Assembly (NCBI RefSeq): GCF_046119375.1
Contig: NW_027362771.1
Coordinates: 576,042,001-576,106,000, forward strand
DNA: 64,000 nt
Reading direction: 5' to 3'
DNA from: Phyllobates terribilis
Lineage: Eukaryota
The translations under genes were made by a program, and so were the position numbers. The notes under the pieces are model-generated. The model did not search any database. It was not told where the DNA came from and saw nothing but the letters and a program-made list of their open reading frames with translations. Of this stretch, positions 36,801 to 49,192 are shown in pieces (the first letter of the stretch is position 1; the number at the start of each line of letters is the position of its first letter).

Positions 36801-37550
36801 CTATGTACATAGATTTCTCTCACAGGAGGAGGTCGTCCAAACACTAAAGTATGGAATCCCATCAAGGAAAGTGTTGAATTTGAATCAGGGAAACGGATTT
36901 AATTAATTTTTATTTCTTAAATACCATCTGATTGCTGTCGGCAGATCCCAACATTCCCGTATAGAGTGGTCCGATACGACCACACAGGGGATGTTTACCT
37001 CTAGTTCACACGTCCCCTTCCCAAGGATCCCAAACTAAGGACACTTTTTCCACACTGCAGATACAACATCTTTTCCCATCATTTACCCAAATCTAAATAA
37101 TTCTTAAAAATAATTATATAATTTTAACTTTAAAAAGAGCAAATATTTATTTTTAACTTAGATTTAATAATAAAAAAAAAAAGTAAAAAAAAAAAAAATT
37201 AACATATGAACGGAAACTTTGGAATTTTTTTTTTTTTCTTTTAAGACCTGACGGGGGCACCGTCATTAGTATCCTCAGCAGGGCACAGGTTTGCCCCCGT
37301 TACGACCAGTGATAGGATTTTTCCTACAGAGAGGATCCGATCGGGGGAACATTTCTCGGGATACAATCTATTGCCCCCACCAGATCACGACCGTCCTTGC
37401 CACAATCTTATTTTTCGATGCTTGTTTTCCAAAATAAAAAAAGACTACAAAAATATTTAGTTTTTTTCCCTGTTCTTCAAATGAAAAGTGTAATACAGGC
37501 CGTAGACAGGAGCACCTCACACACGCACAAGGGGAGATTCTTGGTAACGA

Positions 37551-37573
37551 TCAGTTTGTGCGGAGCTGGTAAT
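37551..37573 (-). CDS. AP1M2: AP1M2 exon 12 (DYQLRTN, stop)
   Basis: Acceptor ttttttttcttttgtag; TGA at 37553-37551. Confidence 0.92.
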
Positions 37574-38947
37574 CTACAAAAGAAAAAAAACATTAGTGGG
37601 GCTTAGCTGCAATACCAGATGGGCCAAAGGTGGCGCTGTTTCCTGCTTTTGGACAATTCCTTTAATGAGATCCGTTACTTTTCCAAAATGTTTGAATTCC
37701 TCATAAATTTAACAGTAACGAGACATCGCTTCTTAGAACTGGTTGTCTTGTTCCTCAAGAAAAGTTGTATTTTTGCATGACACTATTCATATTACTATAT
37801 AATATACTGGAAAGTAGGGAAAAAATCCAAGTAAGGTGAAAATGCAAAAAAAACAAAAAAAAAATTCCAAATTACGGTAGTTTTTTTTTTGAGGTTTAAT
37901 TTTGATGGTGTAAAAAAAAATACCTGGAAATAGGATTCTCCAGGTTTGTAGGATTACACCACTAGTTTATTATTATTTTTCTTTTTTTTTAAGTGGTAAA
38001 AAAGAAAATCCCTCCCCCTTGAAAAAACTAAAAAAAATTTCATACGTGCCGTCATTTTTTGACAACCGTAAAGTTTTTATTTTGCAGTTGATCGAGCTCT
38101 TGTTTTTCTTGCCATGCGGCCCAATTATTTAAAAAAAAATTTTTTTTATTTTTTTTTATTGATTCTACTTTGCGGTGGATACGACTTTTAGACTTTTTTG
38201 AGGGGTTGAGACGACCCAAAAAAAAACACAAGAACCCTGCAAAGTGCTCCCCCCCCCCCCACATTTTGCAGCGTTTACCAATCAGGTTATTTACACTTAT
38301 ATTTTCAGTGACCAGACTTACGGTATTATATACTAGTGTGGAGCGAATTTGTTCTGCATTTCAAATTAGTGTTCAGGGTTCCGACATGTTCGGGCCAAAA
38401 AAAAAAAAAATCGGTTCCGCCTACGAACACCCCTGATTTGCCACGCTGTCTTGCAGATGCAGTACTGCTGTATATAGCCCAAAGCACGGTCTCCTATGAA
38501 CGCCAGCCAGGAGCCGGCGTTCCCAGGAGTACAGTCATGACAGGCACAGGGGTCTACAGCAGACCCCCAGACATCATGATAAACCATCAGCACCCAGTGA
38601 TCTCGTCACGGGGGGCACTGATAAGAGGTTAGAACAGAGTGCCCCCTGGGACATACACTGTGAATGACAGCATCATTTAAGAGGTTAATAGGAGATGGCA
38701 ATTGGTGATTGTAAAATTCTATGGATGGGGGAGCTAGAGGTCGACAGACACCCTTAGGGTCAGATATTGTGAGGGTATAAATATTTGGTTTTGGGTAACA
38801 CTTGAGTGGTTTGTATACAAGGCGATACGATTCTTTGGTTACTATCGCAGCCTAAGGCGACATTATACGGAGGCATTATACGGCAGCCTATGGTGGCATT
38901 ATACAGCGACCTTGTCATTTCACCGTCCTTCCACATTATTCACATAC

Positions 38948-39023
38948 CTCCGCTTTGGGTTATGTATCTGACCCATGGAAGCGCTTGGTATCCACTTTTT
39001 TCAATAATTTTCATGTATCGAAC
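38948..39023 (-). CDS. AP1M2: AP1M2 exon 11
   Basis: VRYMKIIEKSGYQALPWVRYITQSG, 76 nt, AG/GT boundaries. Confidence 0.95.
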
Positions 39024-39442
39024 CTAAAAAAGGACAAATATTGTATTCATTACTGTCATACAGACACTTATATAATAGGTGACTTTCCCCAACCCCAATG
39101 AATGTGGAAGGCTGACCCCCAATTGGACTGGCCCACAGGAATAAACAATTGTCCATAAGGTTCACCTTACCATGTAATTTAAGGGGAACGTGCACCTGGA
39201 CGGTGGGCCCCAGTTACGTCCTCTGGAGGACTTAACACTAGTCCACCTCAACCCTCGGCACGCTCCTCTAATCTAACCATAGCAGACACACATATAGCCC
39301 TGGCAGCTCAGTGGACCGTGCTACATCTCTGGTGGGTCAATGACTGATGTGATGGTGTCATCCTTCCTCTGATCTGATCCGTGTCCCGTCCCTGAACACT
39401 TATCCTCTCCATTTCAACAATAAGTTGTCAGACGCCACTTAC

Positions 39443-39568
39443 CTGGATTCCAGATACTGTGAAATAAGGAATTTCAAACTTGACGCTGATTGGGGGTTTT
39501 CCTTCTAACTCTTCTGTCTCCACACTAGGTAGCCCGAAGTGCGCCCTCATCAAATACTCCTTCCCGCC
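39443..39568 (-). CDS. AP1M2: AP1M2 exon 10
   Basis: GGKEYLMRAHFGLPSVETEELEGKPPISVKFEIPYFTVSGIQ, 126 nt. Confidence 0.95.
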
Positions 39569-39865
39569 CTGCAGATTAATGACAAGATGTTAGAATTAAT
39601 CGTGATGAACCAAAAAAAAAAACAAACAAAAAAAACGGGCTTGGTGGCTCTGGCCCCAGCCCTGGAGGCACAGTGGCCCCAGCCCCAGCATGGCGACATC
39701 TACTAGAGTAGCATCATATCCAATAATATTGGACTTTGGACAAAGGTGCACCAGGGATCAGAAGAAGAGACCTGGACAGCGTAGGCCTCACCCTTTAGGA
39801 TGCCACAGATATAAACCAGCCGGAATATCAGACAAGAATGAGTCACTTTTCTTTGTCTCGCTCAC

Positions 39866-40024
39866 CGGAAACGACTTGATCGTCCACACAACCACATTTT
39901 TCTCGGGAACATATTTCGCACTCCCCACACTAGTCTTGAATTTCGGAGAATCCGCATCACTTGGAACAGGAACTGAAATCTCCACGTTGTTTGCCACTGA
40001 CTGTTTCTTAAACTGACCCTTTGC
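39866..40024 (-). CDS. AP1M2: AP1M2 exon 9
   Basis: AKGQFKKQSVANNVEISVPVPSDADSPKFKTSVGSAKYVPEKNVVVWTIKSFP, 159 nt. KQSVAN is mu1B-type. Confidence 0.95.
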
Positions 40025-40109
40025 CTGACAGAAGAGAAATTAACGATTGTACATGGCATCCCAAAAATAGAAACAGGAGGAACCGCAAGGTTATCGCAAT
40101 ATCACATGA

Positions 40110-41215
40110 CATGTCACATAGCTCCTCCCTCATGACTGCGGTGGGCAGGGCAGACCCCCATGTCACTAGCTCCTCCCTCATGACTGCGGTGGGCAGGGCA
40201 GACCCCCATGTCACATAGCTCCTCCCTCATGACTGCGGTGAGCAGGGCAGACCCTCCCATGTCACATAGCTCCTCCCTCATGACTGCAGTGGGAAGGGCA
40301 GATCCCCATGTCACATAGCTCCTCCCTCATGACTGCGGTGGGAAGGGCAGACCCCCATGTCACATAGCTCCTCCCTCCTCATGACTGCGGTGGGAAGGGC
40401 AGATCCCATGTCACATAGCTCCTTCCTCATGACTGTGGTGGGCAGGGCAGACCCCATGTCACATAGCTCCTCCCTCATGACTGTGGTGGGCAGGGCAGAC
40501 CCCCATGTCACATAGCTCCTCCCTCATGACTGCGGTGGGAAGGGCAGACCCCCATGTCACATAGCTCCTCCCTCATGACTGCGGTGGGAAGGGCAGACCC
40601 CCATGTCACATAGCTCCTCCCTCATGACTGCGGTGGGAAGGGCAGACCCCATGTCACATAGCTCCTCCCTCATGACTGCGGTGGGAGGGGGCATACCCCA
40701 TGTCACATAGCTCCTCCCTCATGACTGCGGTGGGAAGGGCAGATCCCATGTCATATAGCTCCTCCCTCATGACTGCGGTGGGAAGGGCAGATCCCATGTC
40801 ACATAGCTCCTTCCTCATGACTGTGGTGGGCAGGGCAGACCCCATGTCACATAGCTCCTCCCTCATGACTGTGGTGGGCAGGGCAGACCCCCATGTCACT
40901 AGCTCCTCCCTCATGACTGCGGTGGGCAGGGCAGACCCCCATGTCACATAGCTCCTCCCTCATGACTGCGGTGAGCAGGGCAGACCCTCCCATGTCACAT
41001 AGCTCCTCCCTCATGACTGCGGTGGGAAGGGCAGATCCCCATGTCACATAGCTCCTCCCTCATGACTGCGGTGGGAAGGGCAGACCCCCATGTCACATAG
41101 CTCCTCCCTCCTCATGACTGCGGTGGGAAGGGCAGACCCCCATGTCACATAGCTCCTCCCTCATGACTGCAGTGGGAGGGGGCAGACCCCATGTCACATA
41201 TCTCCTCCCTCCTGA
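40110..41215. repeat. 49 bp minisatellite filling AP1M2 intron 8
   Basis: CATGTCACATAGCTCCTCCCTCATGACTGCGGTGGG(A/C)AGGGCAGACCCC, about 22 copies. Confidence 0.95.
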
Positions 41216-41243
41216 CTGTGGTTCTAAGTTTCTTGAGCTTTAC

Positions 41244-41315
41244 CTTCACCATGATTTCCAGCCGACTGTGACTGAACTTCTCTATGACGGATTCAATCCA
41301 AATTAAAGGTTTGAC
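41244..41315 (-). CDS. AP1M2: AP1M2 exon 8
   Basis: VKPLIWIESVIEKFSHSRLEIMVK, 72 nt. EKFSHSR is mu1B-type. Confidence 0.95.
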
Positions 41316-41499
41316 CTGCAGGGAATAAGACAAAACGTCTATGTGCATGTGCTTGGGGTCGGGAGAGATAGCTATCTGATGTGTAAGACCAGCTTTTGAA
41401 AGAAAAAAAAAAAAATTGTCCTGCGGGAGACTAGATAGGCAGGATTACACACTGGACAGCAGCAGCAGAGAAGACTCATGGTAACAGATGCTCAGGTAC

Positions 41500-41642
41500 C
41501 TGTGTATTCAGACGGTAAGACATCAGCTCAAAATCACCATCCGGAGGGATAAACGAGATGGTGCGATCATTCTCGAAACGGGAAAGACGGACGCACTGGT
41601 GGAATTTCACATCTTCAAGCTCCACAGTCTTATTCTTATTAC
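41500..41642 (-). CDS. AP1M2: AP1M2 exon 7
   Basis: (R)NKNKTVELEDVKFHQCVRLSRFENDRTISFIPPDGDFELMSYRLNTQ, 143 nt. Confidence 0.95.
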
Positions 41643-42632
41643 CTAGGCATCAAGCACGGCAAAATCTAAATATGACGGCTGCATTAAGATTTACCTCCAA
41701 TTAACAAAACAAGCCTGCTTGCTGACAGTTTCTTTTTTTCTATGGGACCATTCTGTGGGTCAGATTTGTGTAAATTTGCACCTGCTTTGACACGCACTAT
41801 AAAGGATCGACATACTGATCCCACATACATTATTTTTTTTTTTTTTACATTTTATTGCTACCGACCCGTTATCCCTTATCTCAATCCAGCTATGAGGCTG
41901 ACTATTTGCTATGGATAAACTTCCAATATGGGGTTGTCAGGCTGCTCATCTCCAGCTTTCCTCTGAGGGTTTGCTCGATACTCTTGCTGGTAACAGATAC
42001 CATGAAAGGTCCTCACTATCCCTTTTTTTTTTTTTCCTTTTACTAAAATGCCAATTTTGCCCTGTTTGGCTTCTTCTTCCTCTGTGTTGCATTATCTATA
42101 GCTAGCTGTAAAAGGAGTTAACTTAGAACCCATCAGTGAGCTCGTTTTGATAGGGAGTTTGTAGCTTTTTTTTTTTTTTACCATTCTCAGCATATTTATG
42201 ACCACACCAAAGTTCCGGTCAACTTTTATATTTTCTGTGGTCATAAATCAACACAGGGGAGTTCAGCAAAGGACAGATACAAGAGTTATGAACTCCCTAT
42301 CAGAATGAGCTCACTGATGGATTCTCAGTTAACTCATTCTGCAGCCAGCAGAAAAACAAAGAGCCTATAGAAGCCAAACCATGCAAAATTTTTAATGAAA
42401 CACAATAGCAAAAACTATTTTTTAGGCCAAAATACAGACATTTAAGAAAAAAGAATAAGTCCCAGAAGGTGTCCATACCCTTTTAGGCCTGTGAGAAGGT
42501 CTTCACAACTTGAATATTGACATCTCCTAAAGTAAATATATTTGCTACGGCCACAGTGGGGGTCTCCTTTCGCCTTGCTCCAGACAACCCCACCCCTGCT
42601 CTTTCCCTTTACGCCCCTAGACATGTACTCAC

Positions 42633-42759
42633 GTCCTGTGAGCTCGAAGAGGACTCGGTCATTCAATCCAAGCCTCAGCTCTGGCATCCCGGAGAGGAAG
42701 ACTTTGAGTTTCACGCTTCCCACAATCTCGCTTAGCAGAACGCTGCCATTAGTGTTCAC
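42633..42759 (-). CDS. AP1M2: AP1M2 exon 6
   Basis: VNTNGSVLLSEIVGSVKLKVFLSGMPELRLGLNDRVLFELTG, 127 nt. RVLFELTGR is mu1B-type. Confidence 0.95.
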
Positions 42760-42833
42760 CTGAAATATAGCCGTATAACTTTTCTCATTTCGTTAGGTTC
42801 CCCGCCATAGCATGAGGTCTCGAAAAAGCTCAC

Positions 42834-42981
42834 CAGCAAGTTAACAGACTCGATCACATCAATAAAGACCTCGTTCTTCTTGTACTTGAGTCCCTCAGAC
42901 CTCCAGGACACTGCATTGGTCACAGTGGTGGGGACTCGAGACTTGGCGGTTTCCAGTTTGTTACCTTGTTGTGTGATGTAT
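42834..42981 (-). CDS. AP1M2: AP1M2 exon 5
   Basis: YITQQGNKLETAKSRVPTTVTNAVSWRSEGLKYKKNEVFIDVIESVNLL, 148 nt. Confidence 0.95.
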
Positions 42982-43971
42982 CTAGACCAGAAGAAATAAA
43001 ATGAGGGATGAAGATGATGACAACCTTGTGATGACAGTCACGTGAAGCCCTTGCATACAAAGTTGGACTGGCCCACCAGAGAACTGGTTATCCTCCGGTG
43101 GGCCCTGGCTTTTCCTTCAGGAGAGTTTATAGTGCAAACCTTGCAGCTGCTATGAGGCTCTTGATAGGGGGAGAACCTAGCGCCACCATCTGGATTTCAA
43201 CAGTATCTGAAAAATTAGTCTAGGTCCAAAAAAAAAACAACCACTAATGATAATGCATTTGTTTTTTATAGATGAAAGGTGGGCCACCACCAAGTCCTCT
43301 GGTGGGCCCAAGGTTCTTCAGCCTGACACTGCTTACATATATCCCTCGGGGCACAGCTGCACAGGGGCCCAAGAGGTTAGGAGGCCCAATTCTACCTCCG
43401 AAGCAGGTGGAATTGTGCAATATGATGAGCCCATATAGTGCTCTTGCATAGGGGTCCTCTCCTAACTGTGTCTGCCAGGGATATGCCACACCTATATACA
43501 GTGGCACAACTAGAGTCCAAATTTTGTACCTGGGCCCTCACCTGCATGTTGGTGAGATGTATGGGCCCTTGTAGTGTTCTCGATCTTATAAAGACATATG
43601 TGTTCACCCTCCATGCAATAATGTCCTCCATCCTGGGTCCCTTCCTTGTATAATGTCCCCAGTGCTGGCCCCTTCCTTGCATAATGTCCCCCGTCCCTGG
43701 CCCCTTTCTGTAATTATGTCCCCTGTCCTGGTACAATGTCCCCTGTCTTCTGTGACCATGATCATTACGCCCCTGCCTATATATCCCAACTTTATCTGAT
43801 ACATTTTTAAACCTCAAACCAGATAATACAAAATGATACCATTTCCAGCTTGGGCTCAGATATTAGCAAAATGGGTTTTTATAGTTCTGAGTGAGAAAAC
43901 ACACAGATCTTGATGCTTCTATAAGACTTTCATGACCTTGACACCTTGAACCTCACCTTCCGCTACTTCCA

Positions 43972-44912
43972 CCCACATGGCCAAAAGTACGGACATCATA
44001 CCCCCATAACCTCATTGGGAGCAGCTGTTATTGTGAAGTTGGACAGCTCTCCGGGGAATGCTTTCTATAAGGTTTTGGAGGTGTCTGTGGGAGTTTGTGA
44101 CCATTCACCCTAAAGATTATTTGTGAGGTCAGACCCTGATGCTGGGGTTTGGTGTTAGACAGGGGTTGTGGTCATGGCACTGTGCAGACACTCGAGTTTT
44201 ACCCACCCCAAACTCATCACCGCATGCCTTTATGGACATTGATGTGTGCACAGTCATACAAGATCAAATATTATCACAAAGCTGAATGTGTCAATCATGT
44301 AAAATGTCTGTGCAAGTTGGAATAGTAACATCACCTTTCATTGGAAAACAGGTCCAGACCATGACCCTTCCTCCACCAAACTGTACACTAGGCACCATGT
44401 ATTCAAGTGGGTCATGCTATCTGGGCATCCTGTAAACACAGATGCATCTAGAAGGCTGCCAGGTAGTTGTTAATTACTTCATAGAATACGTTTAACAACC
44501 CTCCAGCCCCAACGCGCGCCCCACAAGCAAACCCTCCAGCCTCGACGCGCGCCCCACGCGAACCCTCCAGCCCCGACGCGCTCCCCCCACAAGCAAACCC
44601 TCCAGCCTCGACGCGCGCCCCACGCAAACCTTCCAGCCCCGACGCCCTCTAATGATCAAAGGCTTGTCTGCAGCTACTCGGACACGGAAACCCATGCCTT
44701 AAAGCTCGAGGTGGACGATTTTTGTGCCGATGTCACTTCTGAAAGAGGTTTGAACTCCGTTCAGACACCTCACCATCACTAAACTCCCAGTATTTGACTA
44801 TGGAGAGGACATGGCTGTGTGCTTGATTTTATGCCCCAGTCTAGAATAAGCAAGGCTGAAACACTGGAGCTCATTATTAATAAGGGGGTCAGATACTTTT
44901 GGCCATGTAATG
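43972..44912 (-). mobile_element. Old, internally deleted Tc1 element in AP1M2 intron 4
   Basis: ACATGGCCAAAAGTA at both ends (inverted). Minus-strand remnants VPSVQFGGGRVMVW (about 44360) and a C-terminal EW-like segment (about 44100). Confidence 0.65.
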
Positions 44913-45056
44913 TACCATATAATGGACAATGGATAATTCTATCACATACAGTAGACAATATATGGTCATGGCCAAAAACACCTGAAGAAGGTTGCGTTTT
45001 TCCACTCAGTCAGTGGATGAAGACGTCTTTATGTTCTGGGAACGTCGGTCACTTAC

Positions 45057-45187
45057 TCTTGCAGGATTTTGCTTTCTGTGGTCTGAGGGAACCCAAAATC
45101 CATCACCTCATCCAGCAGCTCATAGACAATGACAAAGTTGTCGCGGATGCTTTCTTCTTCCAACTCCTTGAAGTACTCCGTAAAAAC
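45057..45187 (-). CDS. AP1M2: AP1M2 exon 4
   Basis: VFTEYFKELEEESIRDNFVIVYELLDEVMDFGFPQTTESKILQE, 131 nt. Confidence 0.95.
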
Positions 45188-45429
45188 CTAGTGGAAAAAA
45201 AGCTACATGTACAAGACGATCGACCTCTACCCTAGCTCTCTGCTTGGAGCATCCCACATGACTGGTGCCTGTGGTATAATGCAATAGCTGTTGTGGAACT
45301 ACAACTCCCAGTATGCCTGGACGGACACAGGTTGTGAGGCAGCTCTAAGAGTGTGCGAGGAGCTAATTCCTGGTCTAAACCACTTATTCTGTCCTCATCC
45401 CGTCCCGAGGCTTATACACGATCACTTAC

Positions 45430-45497
45430 CTCCACTACTTTGTACAGGAAGGAGTAGACCAGAGCCGCATTTGCATTCTTATTGGTTAAGGCGACCA
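45430..45497 (-). CDS. AP1M2: AP1M2 exon 3
   Basis: (L)VALTNKNANAALVYSFLYKVVE, 68 nt. Confidence 0.95.
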
Positions 45498-46047
45498 CTG
45501 AAGACAATGAGTTAAGGACAACAAATCTATCATCTGTAGCCGGCATAAACTTGTAGAGAGGTTAGAAAAACACGGCTGCTTTCTTCCAGAAACAGCGCCC
45601 CGTCCAACCATAGGTTGCGTGCGGTATTGCAACTCGGCCAGTTCACTTCAAAAGAAACTGAGCTGTGATACCAGACACAAACTAAGGACATGTATGGGGC
45701 TGTTTTTTTTTTTTTTTTTTAAAAAAGCAGCCATATTTTCCTTAAATAAATGGTTAAGAGGCCTTTCTTTAAAAAAATTCACAGCAGGAACCAAGAGGAA
45801 AAAAAAAAAAAAAAAAGCTATACTTGCCTCGAGAATTCACTCCCCGTCCCAATGGTCTCTGCTGGACTAGAAGTGACGTCACGACCAGCAGTCACTAGAC
45901 TGCTGCAGGGTCAAGAGACTGGTGAGTGTGAGGTCATCACTTCCAGTCTAGAAGAGACTGTTGGGGTGAGGAGGGGAAGCATAGTTTATTTTACTTCTTT
46001 TATAAAAATGGCTTCCTAATATTTTAAAAAGCTGGAAAACCCCTTAA

Positions 46048-47600
46048 AGGGGAACCTGTCACCGGGCCAAAAGTGGGCAGTTTTTGCCCTTATTACATTC
46101 CCGTGGCTCCCCTGAGTATTCAGATTTTTGCCTTTTGTAAATCTGCAATACGGTTCCAGAGATACAGGCCTTTTTATTTAGTTATGATTTCTAATGGTCT
46201 TTACAAGGGGGCGTGGCTCACAGGGTAATCATGTAGACACTGTAATCATGGGACCTGTATTGTTCAACATCTTTATCAATGATTTAGATGAAGGAATTGA
46301 GGGTAAACTGATTAAATTTGCTGATGACACAAAGCTAGGAGGGATATCTAATACTAGAGAAGAGAGAGAGAGGATTCAAAAAGACCTAAATAAACTGGAG
46401 CAGTGGGCAGCAACCAACAGAATGGTTTTTAACAGGGAAAAATGCAAAGTACTACATCTGGGCAATAAAAATGAAAAAAGCATATACAGAATGGGAGGAA
46501 TAGAGCTAAGCAACAGTACATGTGAAAAAGACTTAGGTATACTAATAGATCATAGACTGAACATGAGTCAACAGTGTGATGCAGCAGCAAAAAAGGCAAA
46601 TACAATTCTGGGATGTATTAACAGAAGCATACAGTCTAGATCACGTGAAGTCATTATCGGTCTTTACTCCTCTTTGGTCAGACCTCATCTGGAATACTGT
46701 GTACAGTTTTGGGCACCACATTTTAAAAAAGACATAGACAAACTGGAGCAAGTTCAGAGAAGAGCGACCAGAATGGTGACTGGTCTGCAAACCATGTCCT
46801 ATGAGGAACGGTTACCGGATTTGGGAATGTTTAGCTTGCAAAAAAGAAGACTGAGAGGAGACTTAATAGCTGTCTACAAATATGTCAAGGGCTGTCACAT
46901 TGTAGAAGGATCATCTTTATTCTCATTTGCACAAGGAAAGACTAGAAGCAATGGGATGAAACTAAATGGGAGGAGACACAGATTAGATATTAGAAAAAAC
47001 TTTTTGACAGTTAGGGTGATTAATGAGTGGAACAGGCTGCCACAAGAGGTGGTGAGTTCCCCTTCACTGGACGTCTTCAAACAGAGGCTGGACAGACATC
47101 TGTCTGAGATGATCTAGTGAATCCTGCTTTGAGCAGGGGGTTGGACCAGATGACCCAGGAGGTCCCTTCCAACTCTACATTCTATGATTCTATGACACGT
47201 CCCTGAGGATCCCATCAGCCACTCCCCCTGGTAAACACCAAAAAAAGGCCCATAACTCTGGAACCGTATGGCGGATTCAAAAAAGAAAAAAAAGCTGAAA
47301 ACTCTGGGGAGCAGCGGGAATAAAATAAAAACTGGACACTTTTGATCCGGTGACCGGTCACTTTAAATCCACCCCGGATATAAATCTTAATTGCTTTAAA
47401 GAGTCCAAGTGAATGTAGCGTTGATGAACATGTTTGACCATCACTTCTGTATACGGCGGAGATCACGCATGCGCACTACGGCTCGATTCACATAGGGGAC
47501 TAATTCTTCATTATTGGGTCCCAGGAGTCGGACTCCCAGCGATCATACATTTATCACCTGCCAATACGCAGTGTTCATGGGACAGCAATTTTAAGGAGAG
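46048..47600. mobile_element. TTAA-flanked Kolobok/T2-like MITE hosting the CR1 insertion (right end approximate)
   Basis: ttaa|AGGGGAACCTGTCACC start; the flanks on either side of the CR1 read as one continuous sequence. Confidence 0.5.
46249..47195 (+). mobile_element. 5'-truncated CR1 LINE (RT C-terminal half, 3' UTR and tail)
   Basis: GPVLFNIFINDLD ... KFADDTKLGG ... RPHLEYCVQFWAP, open to the stop at 47117. (ATTCTATG)n tail. Confidence 0.93.
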
Positions 47601-48389
47601 ATTCCTGAAAGATTAAAAGTAATTATTTTATACCCAAACCTCTTTCCCCCCTTATTACTGGAGCATTCCTTCTTAAAGGTGAATTCCACTTGAAATGTTT
47701 TTTTTTAGTTTTTAAATTTAACAATAACTTTTGGTGGAATACAAACAGCTTTGAACCCCAAAATCCACAAATGAGTGGACTGTGGTATTTTGTAGATCCC
47801 TAAAATCACTTCAGTGCTGCTGAGGGATTTCCCTAGGAGAAAACAATTTTAGGAAGAACTCCCCTTTAAGTAATACACAACTCTGGGTAAACTCCCCCCT
47901 CCAGCTGTTTAGAAACTAGTATTATATTGGAGGCTCATTCCTTATACAGGTTCCAGGGCAGAACATAAAAAAAAAAAAACACGACCGAGGATTCTACCCA
48001 AAAAATACCTAGGGATCCCCTAAAATTGGCAGGTACCATCGGCAGGTCAGAATTGAAGGATGGGGATGTTCTTATTTTTGCTAGGTTACCGGTATAAGTG
48101 CTAGGTACTGGTCACATTGGCTTAAATAACAGTCAACAATAATCTTAAAAGGGCCGGTACACAATTTTTTTTTTCCAGTGGGCAGGTCCCACAAAAAAAA
48201 AAAAAAAATCCCAGTTGTAGAATAATGGATTTCAATCCATAGTCCTCCAGCAGTTACACAACTATAACTCCCAGCATGCTGTGACAGCAAAAGGCTGTGG
48301 TTTTGCAATAACTTCTCTGGAGAAAGCGTCCCGGCGTCTGGAAAGACAATTATATTCACATTAATCTGTACATTACACATGGAGGATAC

Positions 48390-48546
48390 GGTAGAGGTTG
48401 CTGTGTTTGATCCACAAGAAGTGGACCTTCCCATGAACGAGAAGCGGCGTCAGGTTTCCTTCTTCTTCCCTCTGGACAACCAGCGGCATAAAGTGATCGA
48501 TCTCCATCATGTTAATGTCCCCCTTATAATTCCGGCAGATGAGGGG
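48390..48546 (-). CDS. AP1M2: AP1M2 exon 2
   Basis: PLICRNYKGDINMMEIDHFMPLVVQREEEGNLTPLLVHGKVHFLWIKHSNLY, 157 nt. Confidence 0.95.
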
Positions 48547-49192
48547 CTGCACAAAGAGAGGAACGTATATAGGGTTACAAGCTGAGGAAGGGGTTCACAT
48601 ACTTACACTCTGGTCTGGACGTCTCGCTACATAGGAGACTGGTAGTTTTATCATACACTGAAATATTATGGTATATCAGTATCAAAGGATCGCAGGATGA
48701 AGTCACTCAGGGCTATCGCAAAAAGAAAACATCTTATAAATTATATATTTTTATTAGAGTGTTATATAGAACATAATAAAAGTATAACTTATAAAATATA
48801 TTTTTATTATAAAATTATATATTGTATAATATAATTTCCTGAACCCATGACAGCACACCTTGAGAGAGGGATCCGCCCCATCAAGGACAGGAAACCATCT
48901 GAAATAAAAAGGGTGGTACCTCTCCCTCGCTTCAGTTGTTAACAGAGCATTGAGAGGACCTCCCAAAAAGGTTAGACATATAACCAACACCTACAATATA
49001 TATATATATATATAACACCCAAAACAGTGCACACCAGGGTGTGAGAAACAGAAAAATAGGGGGGGGGGGGGGGGGGAGACTACGGGTGCTGTCATGGGTT
49101 CAGGAAAAACCGGCTACCGGTAAGTAACCTTGGTGTTGTCCCCTCACCCATGACAGCACACCTTGAGAGAATTTTGGAGAATTATGAGCACC

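Larger units (their letters stand above)
45498..48389 (-). other. U12-type (minor spliceosome) GT-AG intron, AP1M2 intron 2
   Basis: 5' site GTATCCTCC; branch site TCCTTAAC at 45518-45511, 13 nt before the acceptor junction. Confidence 0.85.
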
